A stretch of DNA of 33,474 nt from an uncultured Eubacteriales bacterium. GTDB lineage: Bacteria; Bacillota; Clostridia; TANB77; CAG-508. The notes beneath the pieces were generated by a model, which was given only the letters and a program-made list of their open reading frames with translations, was not told the origin of the DNA and ran no database searches. Of the stretch, positions 17,205 through 25,404 are shown one piece after another. Positions within the stretch are counted from its first letter, which is position 1; every line of letters begins with the position of its first letter. Both the position numbers and the translations under genes were made by a program. The stretch covers positions 1-33,474 of the forward strand of contig CAURYI010000002.1 in assembly GCA_963529075.1 (NCBI GenBank). The letters are read 5' to 3'.

Positions 17205-18272
17205 TTATTTTCCGTCCAATATTTGTTTTCTTAAATTAACTTGAGTATTAACTTCAGATGTTGTTCCAGCAGATACTTGCGAATTAATTGTTGTTTGATC
17301 CGTACCAGCATATGAACCGTCAATTTGTTTTCTAAACTCAGAACTTGTTTGATATAATTCAACTAATGCAGCTTTAGCTTTAGCTAATTGGTTTGGATCT
17401 TTATTAATTACTCTTAAAGCATCTTCAGATGGAATATATGTACTCTTTGAAGCTTTTTGTAATCCTGGATCAGTATATTTATTTATATAAATTTTACTAC
17501 CTTGAATTTTATAAGAATCTATAATCGCAGCACTCATTACTAAAATTTCTGTCTCATTTAAGTTTAAAGAAACTGTTGAGTAAGATTGATTTCCACCAGA
17601 TTGCGGTACTTTAACTTTTTTCTTAGATAAAACAACATAATCCGCACCATTTGGTAATCTTAATCTAACATCAACTGTATCATCAGTCTTTAAATCAGAT
17701 GGTAAAGCAATCATATTATACTCTTGCTCTCTTAAATCATTGGTAGCTTGTTCACTAATTACAGTAACCATATCAGGTATAATTGGTGTACCTTTTCCTA
17801 AAGAAATTTTAGCAACATATGTAGATTCTCCAAAAGCAACTTTTACAGCTTGACCATTATACATATAAGTATAATCACCATTTGCATCCTGTGTTAAAGG
17901 ATACTGTTGTCCATTAACTGTTATAGCTTTTGTTCCATCCGATAATGTTGTAATTTCATTTCCATTCAAATCTGCAACCATAAATCTGTTAAATTTTGAT
18001 ACAGAATCAACAGAACCATTTGGTGCCATTGCAGCATCAACTTTTAATGTTGTGAACATATTACTTGTTAATATTTCTCCAGATGTAACATTTTTCTTTA
18101 AAACTAAAACAGTTTTTTGAGAAGCAACTCTTTTCTTTTCTTCAGTTATTTTATTAAATAATTGCAATGCTAAAAACGCTATTATTAATATCCCTATCAA
18201 TAATGCAATAAAAAATCCTTTTATAAATGATGCTCTCGCTTTTCTCTCCAATGGATTCATTGTAGATGCCAT
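17205..18272 (-). CDS. CpaB/RcpC-like pilus assembly protein (N-terminal TM, SAF-like and beta-clip regions)
   Basis: 355 aa with an AGGAGG RBS. TM FFIALLIGILIIAFLALQLF. VLVLKKNVTSGEILTSNMF (SAF-like) and DDTVDVRLRLPNGADYVVL (RcpC-like) resemble CpaB. It is the first gene of the locus. Confidence 0.55.
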   Translation of the reverse strand: MASTMNPLERKARASFIKGFFIALLIGILIIAFLALQLFNKITEEKKRVASQKTVLVLKKNVTSGEILTSNMFTTLKVDAAMAPNGSVDSVSKFNRFMVADLNGNEITTLSDGTKAITVNGQQYPLTQDANGDYTYMYNGQAVKVAFGESTYVAKISLGKGTPIIPDMVTVISEQATNDLREQEYNMIALPSDLKTDDTVDVRLRLPNGADYVVLSKKKVKVPQSGGNQSYSTVSLNLNETEILVMSAAIIDSYKIQGSKIYINKYTDPGLQKASKSTYIPSEDALRVINKDPNQLAKAKAALVELYQTSSEFRKQIDGSYAGTDQTTINSQVSAGTTSEVNTQVNLRKQILDGK

Positions 18273-18372
18273 GGTCCAATCCTCCTAAAATATCATTTCT
18301 AATGAATTTTATAATATTTTTCGCTTAATATCAATTGAATAAAAAGCATTACCTTCATTCTTAATTCAAATG

Positions 18373-18816
18373 TCAAATTGTAATCTTTTTGTCATTTTTT
18401 CTTCTTATAATCAACAATATTAACATAGTAATTGTGATCCCGAGCATTGCCCCTATCGAATCAATCAATACATCGCCAAATCTACCATCTCTATTTGCAA
18501 TAAAATATTGATGAAATTCGTCACTAATTGCATATAAAACACATATTCCTGTAGAAATTGCCATTGATTTTTCATCACTATTTTTAAAAGTCCCTACATA
18601 TAATATAACCGTCACTCCTAAAAACAAATATTCTGTTAAATGCGCCAGTTTTCGAATAACTCCAATATCAATATTCACATTCAAATTTTCTTTTAATTTC
18701 AAAAAAACTCCACTACTCATCGCAGATGACTCTTCCCCATTCTGGCTAGAAAAGAAGAAAATTAAAATCATCATAGCAATCATCATTATAAAAAATATTA
18801 CTCTCTTTTTATTCAT
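18373..18816 (-). CDS. VanZ-like family membrane protein
   Basis: FFFSSQNGEES...RKLAHLTEYLFLG...SDEFHQYFIANRDGRFGDVLIDSIGAMLG are VanZ-family hallmarks. The ATG at 18816 follows GGAGGAG. Confidence 0.7.
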   Translation of the reverse strand: MNKKRVIFFIMMIAMMILIFFFSSQNGEESSAMSSGVFLKLKENLNVNIDIGVIRKLAHLTEYLFLGVTVILYVGTFKNSDEKSMAISTGICVLYAISDEFHQYFIANRDGRFGDVLIDSIGAMLGITITMLILLIIRRKNDKKITI

Positions 18817-18937
18817 ATCTCCTCCAAAACATATCATATTATACGTTACACCAACATCTTTTGCAACATTATGTATTTATTTTTTTCACAATATATGCTA
18901 TAATATATACATATAAAGAATTTAGGAGGGAATTATA

Positions 18938-19861
18938 ATGCCAGCTATTATTATTATAGGAATTATTTTATTATTTTTATTTACAAGTATTAAAATAGTT
19001 AGACAATCTGAAGTATATATCATTGAAAGATTAGGTAAATTCCATAAAGTTGCAGATGCAGGTTTAACAATAATTATTCCATTTATTGATCATGTAAGAA
19101 GCATTGTAAGTTTAAAACAACAAACATTGGACATTGCTCCCCAAGAAGTAATTACAAAAGACAATGTTACAATTACAATTAATACAGTTGTTTTCTATAA
19201 AATTAAAGATCCAGCAAAAGCTGTATATGAAATTCAAAACTTAAAAAATGGTATTGAATATTTATCAGTAACATCAATCAGAGACATTGTTGGAAAAATG
19301 GACTTAGAAGCAACATTCGCTTCAAGAGATACAATCAATGGAAAGCTACAATCAATGTTGGATGAAGCAACAACAAAATGGGGTTGTTCAATAGATAGAA
19401 TCGAAGTTCAAGATATTACTCCACCACCAGATATCAGAGAAGCAATGGAAAAACAAATGAATGCAGAGAGAACAAAAAGAGCGTCAATCCTTCAAGCCGA
19501 AGGTGAAAGACAAGCTGCAATTCTTAAAGCACAAGGTGAAAAAGAAGCAGCAATCCTACATGCAGATGCTGATAGAGAAGCTCAAATTAGAAAAGCAAAT
19601 GGTGAAGCCGAAGCAATCAAAAAAGTAGCAGCAGCAAAAGCAGAAGAAGTAAAACTAGTATATGGTGCAATGGTAGAAGCAAACCCTACAGATAAAGTAA
19701 TTCAATTAAAATCACTTGAAACATTAGCAAATGTTGCAAATGGTGAAGCAAATAAAGTATTTATACCTTTCGAAGCAACAAAACCTCTTGCAGGTTTAGG
19801 CGCAATGACAGAAATGTTAAAAGACGGTAAACAAAATACAAATAATGAAAATAACAACTAA
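18938..19861 (+). CDS. SPFH/band-7 (stomatin/prohibitin-like) protein with A/E-rich coiled-coil tail
   Basis: 307 aa. IVRQSEVYIIERLGKFHKV...ITKDNVTITINTVVFYKIKDP...DITPPPDIREAMEKQM is a typical SPFH domain. Confidence 0.85.
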   Translation: MPAIIIIGIILLFLFTSIKIVRQSEVYIIERLGKFHKVADAGLTIIIPFIDHVRSIVSLKQQTLDIAPQEVITKDNVTITINTVVFYKIKDPAKAVYEIQNLKNGIEYLSVTSIRDIVGKMDLEATFASRDTINGKLQSMLDEATTKWGCSIDRIEVQDITPPPDIREAMEKQMNAERTKRASILQAEGERQAAILKAQGEKEAAILHADADREAQIRKANGEAEAIKKVAAAKAEEVKLVYGAMVEANPTDKVIQLKSLETLANVANGEANKVFIPFEATKPLAGLGAMTEMLKDGKQNTNNENNN

Positions 19862-19898
19862 AAAATACCCAAGATATTAATTATCTTGGGTATTTTTA
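19861..19898. terminator. Hairpin terminator after the SPFH gene, overlapping the rarA stop
   Basis: ATACCCAAGAT-loop-ATCTTGGGTAT followed by TTTTT. The rarA stop codon lies in the loop. Confidence 0.6.
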
Positions 19899-21163
19899 TT
19901 TCTAACTTCATCCTTAAAACTATTAATACAATTTTCATCAGGAAAATAATATTTAACATCCTTGATTTTGTCAGGTAAATATTGCTGCTCAACTAAATGA
20001 TTCTTATAATCATGCGGATACTTGTATCCCACATGATACCCTTCCCTCTCCATTCCTTTAGCAGGAGCATTTCTAATATGCATTGGTATAATTCCTGTAT
20101 CAACATTTTCCACATCACTAAGTGCACTATTAATTGCATTATAACTAGCATTTGATTTAGGAGCATTAGCCATATATATTGCTGCTTCAGAAAGTATAAT
20201 TCGACCTTCAGGCATTCCTATCTCCTTAACCACTTGAAGAGCTGAATTAGCAACTACCAGAGCCATTGGGTCAGCCATACCAACATCTTCTGCAGCCAAT
20301 ATACAAATTCTTCTTGCCAAAAATACTGGATCCTCACCAGCATAAATAGCCCTCGCCAAATAAAATATTGCCGCATCCGGATCACTTCCCCTCATTGATT
20401 TTATAAAAGCACTTATATTATCATAATGAGAATCTCCATCCTTATCAAACATAATCTTATTATCAACAACACATTCTTTAGCAATTTCATCAGTTATTTT
20501 AATAACTCCAGTTACATTAGGAGCAGTAGTTAAAACTGCAATTTCCAAAGCATTTAAAGCAGTTCTTACATCTCCATTAGAACTAACAGCAATTTTCTTC
20601 AATGTCCCATCACTAATTTCAATATTAAAGCTAGCAAGGCCTTTTTCAGAAATAATAGCTCTTTTTAAAACAGTAAAAACATTTTCATTTGATAATTGAT
20701 GTAATTGAAAATTCATACTTCTTGAAATCAAAGCCTTATTAACTTCAAAATATGGATTTTCAGTAGTCGCACCAATTAATATTACTTTTCCATTTTCAAC
20801 ATATGGTAACAATGCATCCTGTTGCAATTTATTAAACCTGTGAATTTCATCAATAAAAAGCACAACTTTTCCACTCATATTAAACATACTCACATTGCTA
20901 TCTTCAATCGCATGTTTAATATCACTAACACCTGCAGTAACCGCATTTAATTTTACAAACTTATATTTTGTCGTATTACTAATAACTTTTGCAAGCGAAG
21001 TTTTACCACATCCAGGAGGTCCCCATAAAATAATACTAGATAATCTATCAGCTTTAATAGTTCTATACAAAATTTTATCTTTAGCTAAAATATGTTCCTG
21101 TCCCACATACTCATCAAGATTTGTAGGCATCATACGATATGATAATGGTTCACTAAAATCCAA
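19877..21163 (-). CDS. rarA: Replication-associated recombination protein A (AAA+ ATPase RarA/MgsA)
   Basis: 428 aa. YRMMPTNLDEYVGQEHIL, ILWGPPGCGKTSLA, FIDEIHRFNKLQQDALLPYVENGKVILIGATTENPYFEVN, SMRGSDPDAAIFYLARA and HIRNAPAKGM are RarA signatures, not RuvB. Confidence 0.9.
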   Translation of the reverse strand: MDFSEPLSYRMMPTNLDEYVGQEHILAKDKILYRTIKADRLSSIILWGPPGCGKTSLAKVISNTTKYKFVKLNAVTAGVSDIKHAIEDSNVSMFNMSGKVVLFIDEIHRFNKLQQDALLPYVENGKVILIGATTENPYFEVNKALISRSMNFQLHQLSNENVFTVLKRAIISEKGLASFNIEISDGTLKKIAVSSNGDVRTALNALEIAVLTTAPNVTGVIKITDEIAKECVVDNKIMFDKDGDSHYDNISAFIKSMRGSDPDAAIFYLARAIYAGEDPVFLARRICILAAEDVGMADPMALVVANSALQVVKEIGMPEGRIILSEAAIYMANAPKSNASYNAINSALSDVENVDTGIIPMHIRNAPAKGMEREGYHVGYKYPHDYKNHLVEQQYLPDKIKDVKYYFPDENCINSFKDEVRNKNTQDN

Positions 21164-21174
21164 TTAAATCCCTC

Positions 21175-21768
21175 CTATTTACTAAGCTTAACTAATTGCT
21201 CTCTAATAATATCTTCAACACTCTTTCCAGTCGACTCATAGCCTTCCATAATGTTCTCAATATCCTTTCTATTAAATCCAAGAACTTGAAGAGCATCCAT
21301 GGCATCAAGTTCATTTTGATTAAATTTATGCTTAACTACCACAGTTTCAGTAGCAATTACAGCATTCTCTGTTTTAATCTTATCCTTAAGTTCTAAAATG
21401 ATTCTTTGTGCTGTCTTCGGACCAATTCCAGGTAACTTTTTCAATGTAGCAACATCATCAGTAATAACAGCTATAGCAAATTCAGTAGGCTCTATATTCG
21501 ATAAAATATTTACAGCAGATTTCGCTCCAATTCCACCAACACTAATTAATAATTCAAAAGTCATTAATTCTTCATTAGTCAAAAAACCAAACAAACTAAT
21601 ATCATCCTGTGATACCCTTGTATATGTAAAGATCTTAATACTAGAATTCATTTCTAAATTTTTAATACTCTCAGCCGACATAAATACTTTATACCCAACA
21701 CCACCAACATCTATCAAAATATAATTATTAGCCTTAAACTCAATAACTCCTCTTAGAAATCCAATCAT
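21175..21768 (-). CDS. ruvA: Holliday junction branch migration complex subunit RuvA
   Basis: MIGFLRGVIEFKANNYILIDVGGVGYKVFMS...LPGIGPKTAQRIILELKDK. The ATG at 21768 follows AAGGAG. Confidence 0.9.
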   Translation of the reverse strand: MIGFLRGVIEFKANNYILIDVGGVGYKVFMSAESIKNLEMNSSIKIFTYTRVSQDDISLFGFLTNEELMTFELLISVGGIGAKSAVNILSNIEPTEFAIAVITDDVATLKKLPGIGPKTAQRIILELKDKIKTENAVIATETVVVKHKFNQNELDAMDALQVLGFNRKDIENIMEGYESTGKSVEDIIREQLVKLSK

Positions 21769-21841
21769 GATATATCTCCTTAACAAAACTTATGTTCTAT
21801 TATACCACAACAATAAATTATTTAACAACCACTATTTATAT

Positions 21842-21875
21842 AATAAAAGAGATATTCACCATATAATGAATATCC
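21842..21875 (-). terminator. Intrinsic terminator after the second SPFH gene
   Basis: The minus strand reads GATATTCA-loop-TGAATATC followed by a T-rich tract. Confidence 0.5.
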
Positions 21876-21899
21876 CCTATATTACTTAAATTATACTAA

Positions 21900-22670
21900 T
21901 TATTTTTTACCTATATTAGATAAACCTTTCATAGCTTCCAAAGCTTCAACAGGTAAAGCAAAAATAACTGTATTTGATTGATCACTACTCAAATCATTTA
22001 ATGTAGCTAAAGTTCTTAAATGTAATGCACCAGGAGTACTTCCCATAATTGTTGCAGCTTTAGCTAGATTTTCAGAAGCCTCAACTTCACCCTTTGATTT
22101 AGTTATAACCGCTTGTTTTTCTCTTTCTGCTTCAGCCACTTTTGAAATAACTCTCTTCAATTCTTCATTAAAAGCAATATCTTTAAGTTCAATATTTTCA
22201 ACTTTAATTCCCCAATGATCAGTTGCTTCATCAACTATTTGACAAATTTGTGTACTAAGCTTATCCCTTTCAGATAATAATTCATCAAGTGTAACAGATC
22301 CAACAATATTTCTCATTGTTGTTTGAGCCAATTGGCTAACTGCATAATTGTAATTTTCAACAGAAATTACAGCCTTAGATGCATCAAAAATTTTATAATA
22401 CAAAACTGCATTAATTCTAATTGAAACATTATCCCTTGTAATAGCTTCTTGTTCTGGAACATCAACTGTCTTTGTTCTAATGTCAACCTTTACAACCCTA
22501 TTAACTATAGGAAATACAAGATGCCAACCCGGTTTTAAAATTCTTGCAAACTTACCAAATGAAAATAAAATTCCTCTTTGATATTCATCAACTTGCTTAA
22601 TTGAAATTAATAAAATCCATACAATAACAATTCCAATTAAAATTCCACTATTTAATCCTAATTCTCTCAT
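21900..22670 (-). CDS. SPFH/band-7 stomatin-like protein (second paralog)
   Basis: EYQRGILFSFGKFARILKPGWHLVFPIVNRV...ITRDNVSIRINAVLYYKIFD. The ATG at 22670 follows AGGAGG. Confidence 0.85.
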   Translation of the reverse strand: MRELGLNSGILIGIVIVWILLISIKQVDEYQRGILFSFGKFARILKPGWHLVFPIVNRVVKVDIRTKTVDVPEQEAITRDNVSIRINAVLYYKIFDASKAVISVENYNYAVSQLAQTTMRNIVGSVTLDELLSERDKLSTQICQIVDEATDHWGIKVENIELKDIAFNEELKRVISKVAEAEREKQAVITKSKGEVEASENLAKAATIMGSTPGALHLRTLATLNDLSSDQSNTVIFALPVEALEAMKGLSNIGKK

Positions 22671-22718
22671 AATTAACCTCCTATAATGCAATTATAGCAC
22701 TTTTTATATAATTTCACA

Positions 22719-22748
22719 ATAAAAAAACTCGCCACAATAGCGAGTTTA
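22719..22748 (-). terminator. Intrinsic terminator after rpsI
   Basis: The minus strand reads AAACTCGC-TATTGTG-GCGAGTTT followed by TTTTTT. Confidence 0.65.
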
Positions 22749-22756
22749 AAAATATA

Positions 22757-23161
22757 TTATCTCTTACTGAATTGAGGAGCTTTACGAGCTTTTTTCAATC
22801 CATATTTCTTTCTTTCTTTTCTTCTTGAATCTCTTGTTAAGAAACCGCTAGATTTTAATGATGGTCTGAATTCTTCTTCATTAGCAATATTTAAAGCTCT
22901 TGCGATACCATGACGAACTGCACCAGCTTGTCCTGATAACCCACCACCAACAACTTTAACTCTAACATCATACTTTGATACAGTATCTGTAACTGTTAAT
23001 GGTTGTTTAGCGATAACTCTTAATGTTTCAACACCAAAATATTCTTCCAATGTTTTTCCATTAACAATGAATTTTCCATTTCCTTCAGTTAATCTTACTC
23101 TAGCGATAGAACTTTTTCTTCTACCTGTTCCTAAATATTCAACTGCTTTAGATTTAGCCAT
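22757..23161 (-). CDS. rpsI: 30S ribosomal protein S9
   Basis: 134 aa ending ...[25 protein letters not shown], with [12 protein letters not shown] near the N-terminus. Confidence 0.95.
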   Translation of the reverse strand: MAKSKAVEYLGTGRRKSSIARVRLTEGNGKFIVNGKTLEEYFGVETLRVIAKQPLTVTDTVSKYDVRVKVVGGGLSGQAGAVRHGIARALNIANEEEFRPSLKSSGFLTRDSRRKERKKYGLKKARKAPQFSKR

Positions 23162-23178
23162 TATTTATGATCCTCCTA

Positions 23179-23613
23179 CTAAAATTTCCATACTTCAGGT
23201 TTTTGAGCCATATTTTCATGTTCATTACCTTCATATACTCTTAATTTTTTTAACATTTGTCTACCAAGACTGTTGTGTGGCAACATACCTTTTACAGCAA
23301 TCATCATAGCATTTGTTGGTCTTTTAGCCATCATATCTTTAGCTAAAACTCTTTTCATATTTCCAATATATCCTGTAAATCTTGTATATACTTTTTGATT
23401 TAATTTATGACCTGTTAATACAGCTTCTTTACAATTTAAAATTATTACATAATCACCGCAATCCATATTAGGTGTAAAAGTTGGTTTATGTTTTCCTCTT
23501 AATAATTTTGCAGCTTCTGAAGCAACTCTACCTAAAGGTTTGTTTGCAGCATCAATAATATACCATTTTCTATTAATTTCATTTTTCTTAACACTATAAG
23601 TAGTATTATTCAT
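23179..23613 (-). CDS. rplM: 50S ribosomal protein L13
   Basis: 144 aa. KWYIIDAANKPLGRVASEAAKLLRGKHKPTFTPNMDCGDYVIILN matches L13. Confidence 0.95.
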   Translation of the reverse strand: MNNTTYSVKKNEINRKWYIIDAANKPLGRVASEAAKLLRGKHKPTFTPNMDCGDYVIILNCKEAVLTGHKLNQKVYTRFTGYIGNMKRVLAKDMMAKRPTNAMMIAVKGMLPHNSLGRQMLKKLRVYEGNEHENMAQKPEVWKF

Positions 23614-23747
23614 GGTAATATATCCTCCATTTCATTATCTATAAAAATTATCTATATGAAACCTTCAAAACCAACCGGGGAATCGCTTTAAAAGGTCATA
23701 TTTCTTTAACGCTATATTATAATATAATATTTTTCCATATATGTCAA
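23614..23747 (-). promoter_or_regulatory. rplM-rpsI promoter (TTGACA-17-TATTAT) plus ~95-nt structured 5' leader (possible L13 autoregulatory leader)
   Basis: TTGACA at 23747-23742. The leader contains a long imperfect hairpin (AUAUGACCUU...AAGGUUUCAUAU) enclosing a GC-rich loop (GAUUCCCCGGUUGG). Firmicutes are known to carry an L13 leader, but I cannot confirm the motif by eye. Confidence 0.35.
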
Positions 23748-23750
23748 TAT

Positions 23751-23780
23751 AAAAAAAGAAAAAACCCACAATCGTGGGAA
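23751..23780 (-). terminator. Intrinsic terminator after the 23814-24266 gene
   Basis: The minus strand reads CCCAC-GATT-GTGGG followed by TTTTTCTTTTTTT. Confidence 0.55.
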
Positions 23781-23813
23781 AAAGAATATCTTTTTTTCTT
23801 AACAATTAATTTT

Positions 23814-24266
23814 TCAACCTAACTTCAAATAGTAAAGTGAATTTCTTGTTTTTACCTCATACACTCCATTTAAATCGATAACACTCTCGACATATGATGT
23901 GAATGTAGAAATTAACTGATACGTTGCACCTGCATCTCTAATAGTGAAACAATTCATCTTTTTGTTAGAAATTGGTTTCTTATAAGCTACCGCTAATTTA
24001 AACTTTGAAGGCATAAGCCCCAAGACTTTTACATAATAAAAGCTATTACAAGTTTCTATTATAAAAACATCATCTGACTTACGATTCACTGAAAGAATCT
24101 TAGATGTCTTTACTTCCACCGGAAAGAAAAATTCACCGTCATATTCTATCCGCTGTAAAACATACCTACTTCCTTCAATAGGAACACAGTTACTTACTGC
24201 CAAATAGGACTTCTTTACTGAAGCATTTGAGTTACTATTGACTTTTCCAAACAAACCATTAATCAT
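23814..24266 (-). CDS. Hypothetical protein built from two tandem ~65-aa repeats
   Basis: The ATG at 24266 follows AAGGAGG (the track ORF start at 24338 lacks an RBS and crosses a palindrome). The halves align: ..ILSVNRKSDDVFIIETCNSFYYVKVLG with ..VESVIDLNGVYEVKTRNSLYYLKLG. Confidence 0.6.
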   Translation of the reverse strand: MINGLFGKVNSNSNASVKKSYLAVSNCVPIEGSRYVLQRIEYDGEFFFPVEVKTSKILSVNRKSDDVFIIETCNSFYYVKVLGLMPSKFKLAVAYKKPISNKKMNCFTIRDAGATYQLISTFTSYVESVIDLNGVYEVKTRNSLYYLKLG

Positions 24267-24286
24267 ATTATCCTCCTTAAATCCAA

Positions 24287-24306
24287 GAGAGGACCCAGGT
24301 CCTCTC
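24287..24306. promoter_or_regulatory. GC-rich inverted repeat GAGAGGACC-CA-GGTCCTCTC just upstream of the RBS of the 23814-24266 gene
   Basis: 9-bp perfect arms in an otherwise AT-rich intergenic region. It could be an operator or a 5'-UTR hairpin. Confidence 0.5.
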
Positions 24307-24423
24307 AATTTAATATTGAAAAAAACCATAATCTTCAATACTTTAAGTTTACAGCATTTAAATCAATATATCAACCAATCTACATTTTACCACTTAAATT
24401 ATAAAATAAATTATTCCAAAATA

Positions 24424-24452
24424 TTGACATTTCAATCTTTTTATAGTAAACT
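24424..24452 (+). promoter_or_regulatory. infC operon promoter (TTGACA-17 nt-TAAACT)
   Basis: TTGACA at 24424-24429, a 17-nt spacer and TAAACT at 24447-24452. Confidence 0.5.
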
Positions 24453-24599
24453 AATTGAAGTTATTAAAGAAGAAGTTTACTTCTCACCTTCACTTTTAGG
24501 AAAAGGTCTATAAATATTAAAATATATCAATATGTTCAAAACATATATTATATCTGTATTTATAATGAGAAGTAGATTGGATTCGTCCAATCTTTTTTT
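24453..24599 (+). promoter_or_regulatory. infC-rpmI-rplT leader with terminator/attenuator hairpin (L20-leader-type)
   Basis: A ~150-nt untranslated leader ends in AGATTGGA-TTCG-TCCAATCT plus T6 (24574-24599), about 30 nt before the infC start. This is the arrangement known for L20-mediated attenuation in Bacillus. Confidence 0.5.
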
Positions 24600-24631
24600 A
24601 ATTCAATAATATTTTTAGGAGGTGTTTTAAC

Positions 24632-25138
24632 ATAAAACAAGATTTACCAATTAATGATCAAATTAGAGCTGACAAAGTTCAAGTAATCGATGAAAATAAT
24701 GAAAAATTAGGAGAAATGCAATTAAATGATGCACTAAATTTAGCCTATGACAAAAATTTAGACTTAGTTTTAGTTTCATCAAACAATCCAAAGGTTTGTA
24801 AAATAATGAACTATGGAAAATACAAATTTGAACAATCAAAAAAAGAAAAAGAAGCTAGAAAAAAACAAAAAAGTTTTGAAATGAAAGAAATCAGAGTAAC
24901 ACCAAACACTGATACACATGATTTTGAATTCAAAGCAAAAAATGCTAGAAAGTTTCTTGAAGATGGTAATAAACTAAAAATAACAGTTAGATTTCGTGGT
25001 AGAGAAATGAATTACAAAAGCCAAGGTGAAGAATTATTAAATAAATTTATCGAAGCTTTAGAAGATATTGCAAACACAGAAAAACGCCCTATCATGGAAG
25101 GTAAAAACATGTTCATAATATTAACTAAAAAAAGTTAA
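24632..25138 (+). CDS. infC: Translation initiation factor IF-3 (non-canonical ATA start)
   Basis: The frame is open upstream of the track ATG and encodes IKQDLPINDQIRADKVQVIDENNEKLGEM..., the conserved IF-3 N-terminus. AGGAGG lies 9 nt before the ATA at 24632. IF-3 genes classically use AUU/AUA starts. Confidence 0.88.
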   Translation: MKQDLPINDQIRADKVQVIDENNEKLGEMQLNDALNLAYDKNLDLVLVSSNNPKVCKIMNYGKYKFEQSKKEKEARKKQKSFEMKEIRVTPNTDTHDFEFKAKNARKFLEDGNKLKITVRFRGREMNYKSQGEELLNKFIEALEDIANTEKRPIMEGKNMFIILTKKS

Positions 25139-25176
25139 TATTTAAATAAATTAAAATATACAGGGAGGACTATAAA

Positions 25177-25380
25177 ATGCCAAAATTAAAAACAAATAAA
25201 GCAGCTGCAAAAAGATATAAATATACAGCTACTGGTAAAGTAAAAAGAACAAAAGCAAACAGAAGACATTTATTAGGAAATAAAACAAATAGACAAAGAT
25301 CAAGTGGTAAAGTTCAAGACGCATATGTTGCAAAAACATTCGAAAAGAACGTTGCTAAAATGTTACCATACGGAAACTAA
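25177..25380 (+). CDS. rpmI: 50S ribosomal protein L35
   Basis: MPKLKTNKAAAKRYKYTATGKVKRTKANRRHLL matches L35. Confidence 0.95.
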   Translation: MPKLKTNKAAAKRYKYTATGKVKRTKANRRHLLGNKTNRQRSSGKVQDAYVAKTFEKNVAKMLPYGN

Positions 25381-25404
25381 TACTAAATTGAAAGGAGAAT
25401 TATA

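Noticed and set aside
18373-18816. A small polytopic membrane protein just upstream of the filament locus, considered as the missing TadV-like prepilin peptidase.
   Set aside because: The sequence carries VanZ-family hallmarks (FSSQ..., RKxAHxxEY, DExHQxF..R..D). It lacks the paired Asp / GxGDxK motifs of A24 peptidases.
24238-24513. A 91-aa plus-strand ORF spanning the divergent intergenic region.
   Set aside because: It crosses the palindrome, both promoters and the start of the infC leader. It has no RBS and a low-complexity translation.
24716-24718. The ATG given by the ORF track as the infC start.
   Set aside because: The frame is open upstream and encodes conserved IF-3 N-terminal residues. 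The ATA at 24632, with a proper RBS, is the better start.
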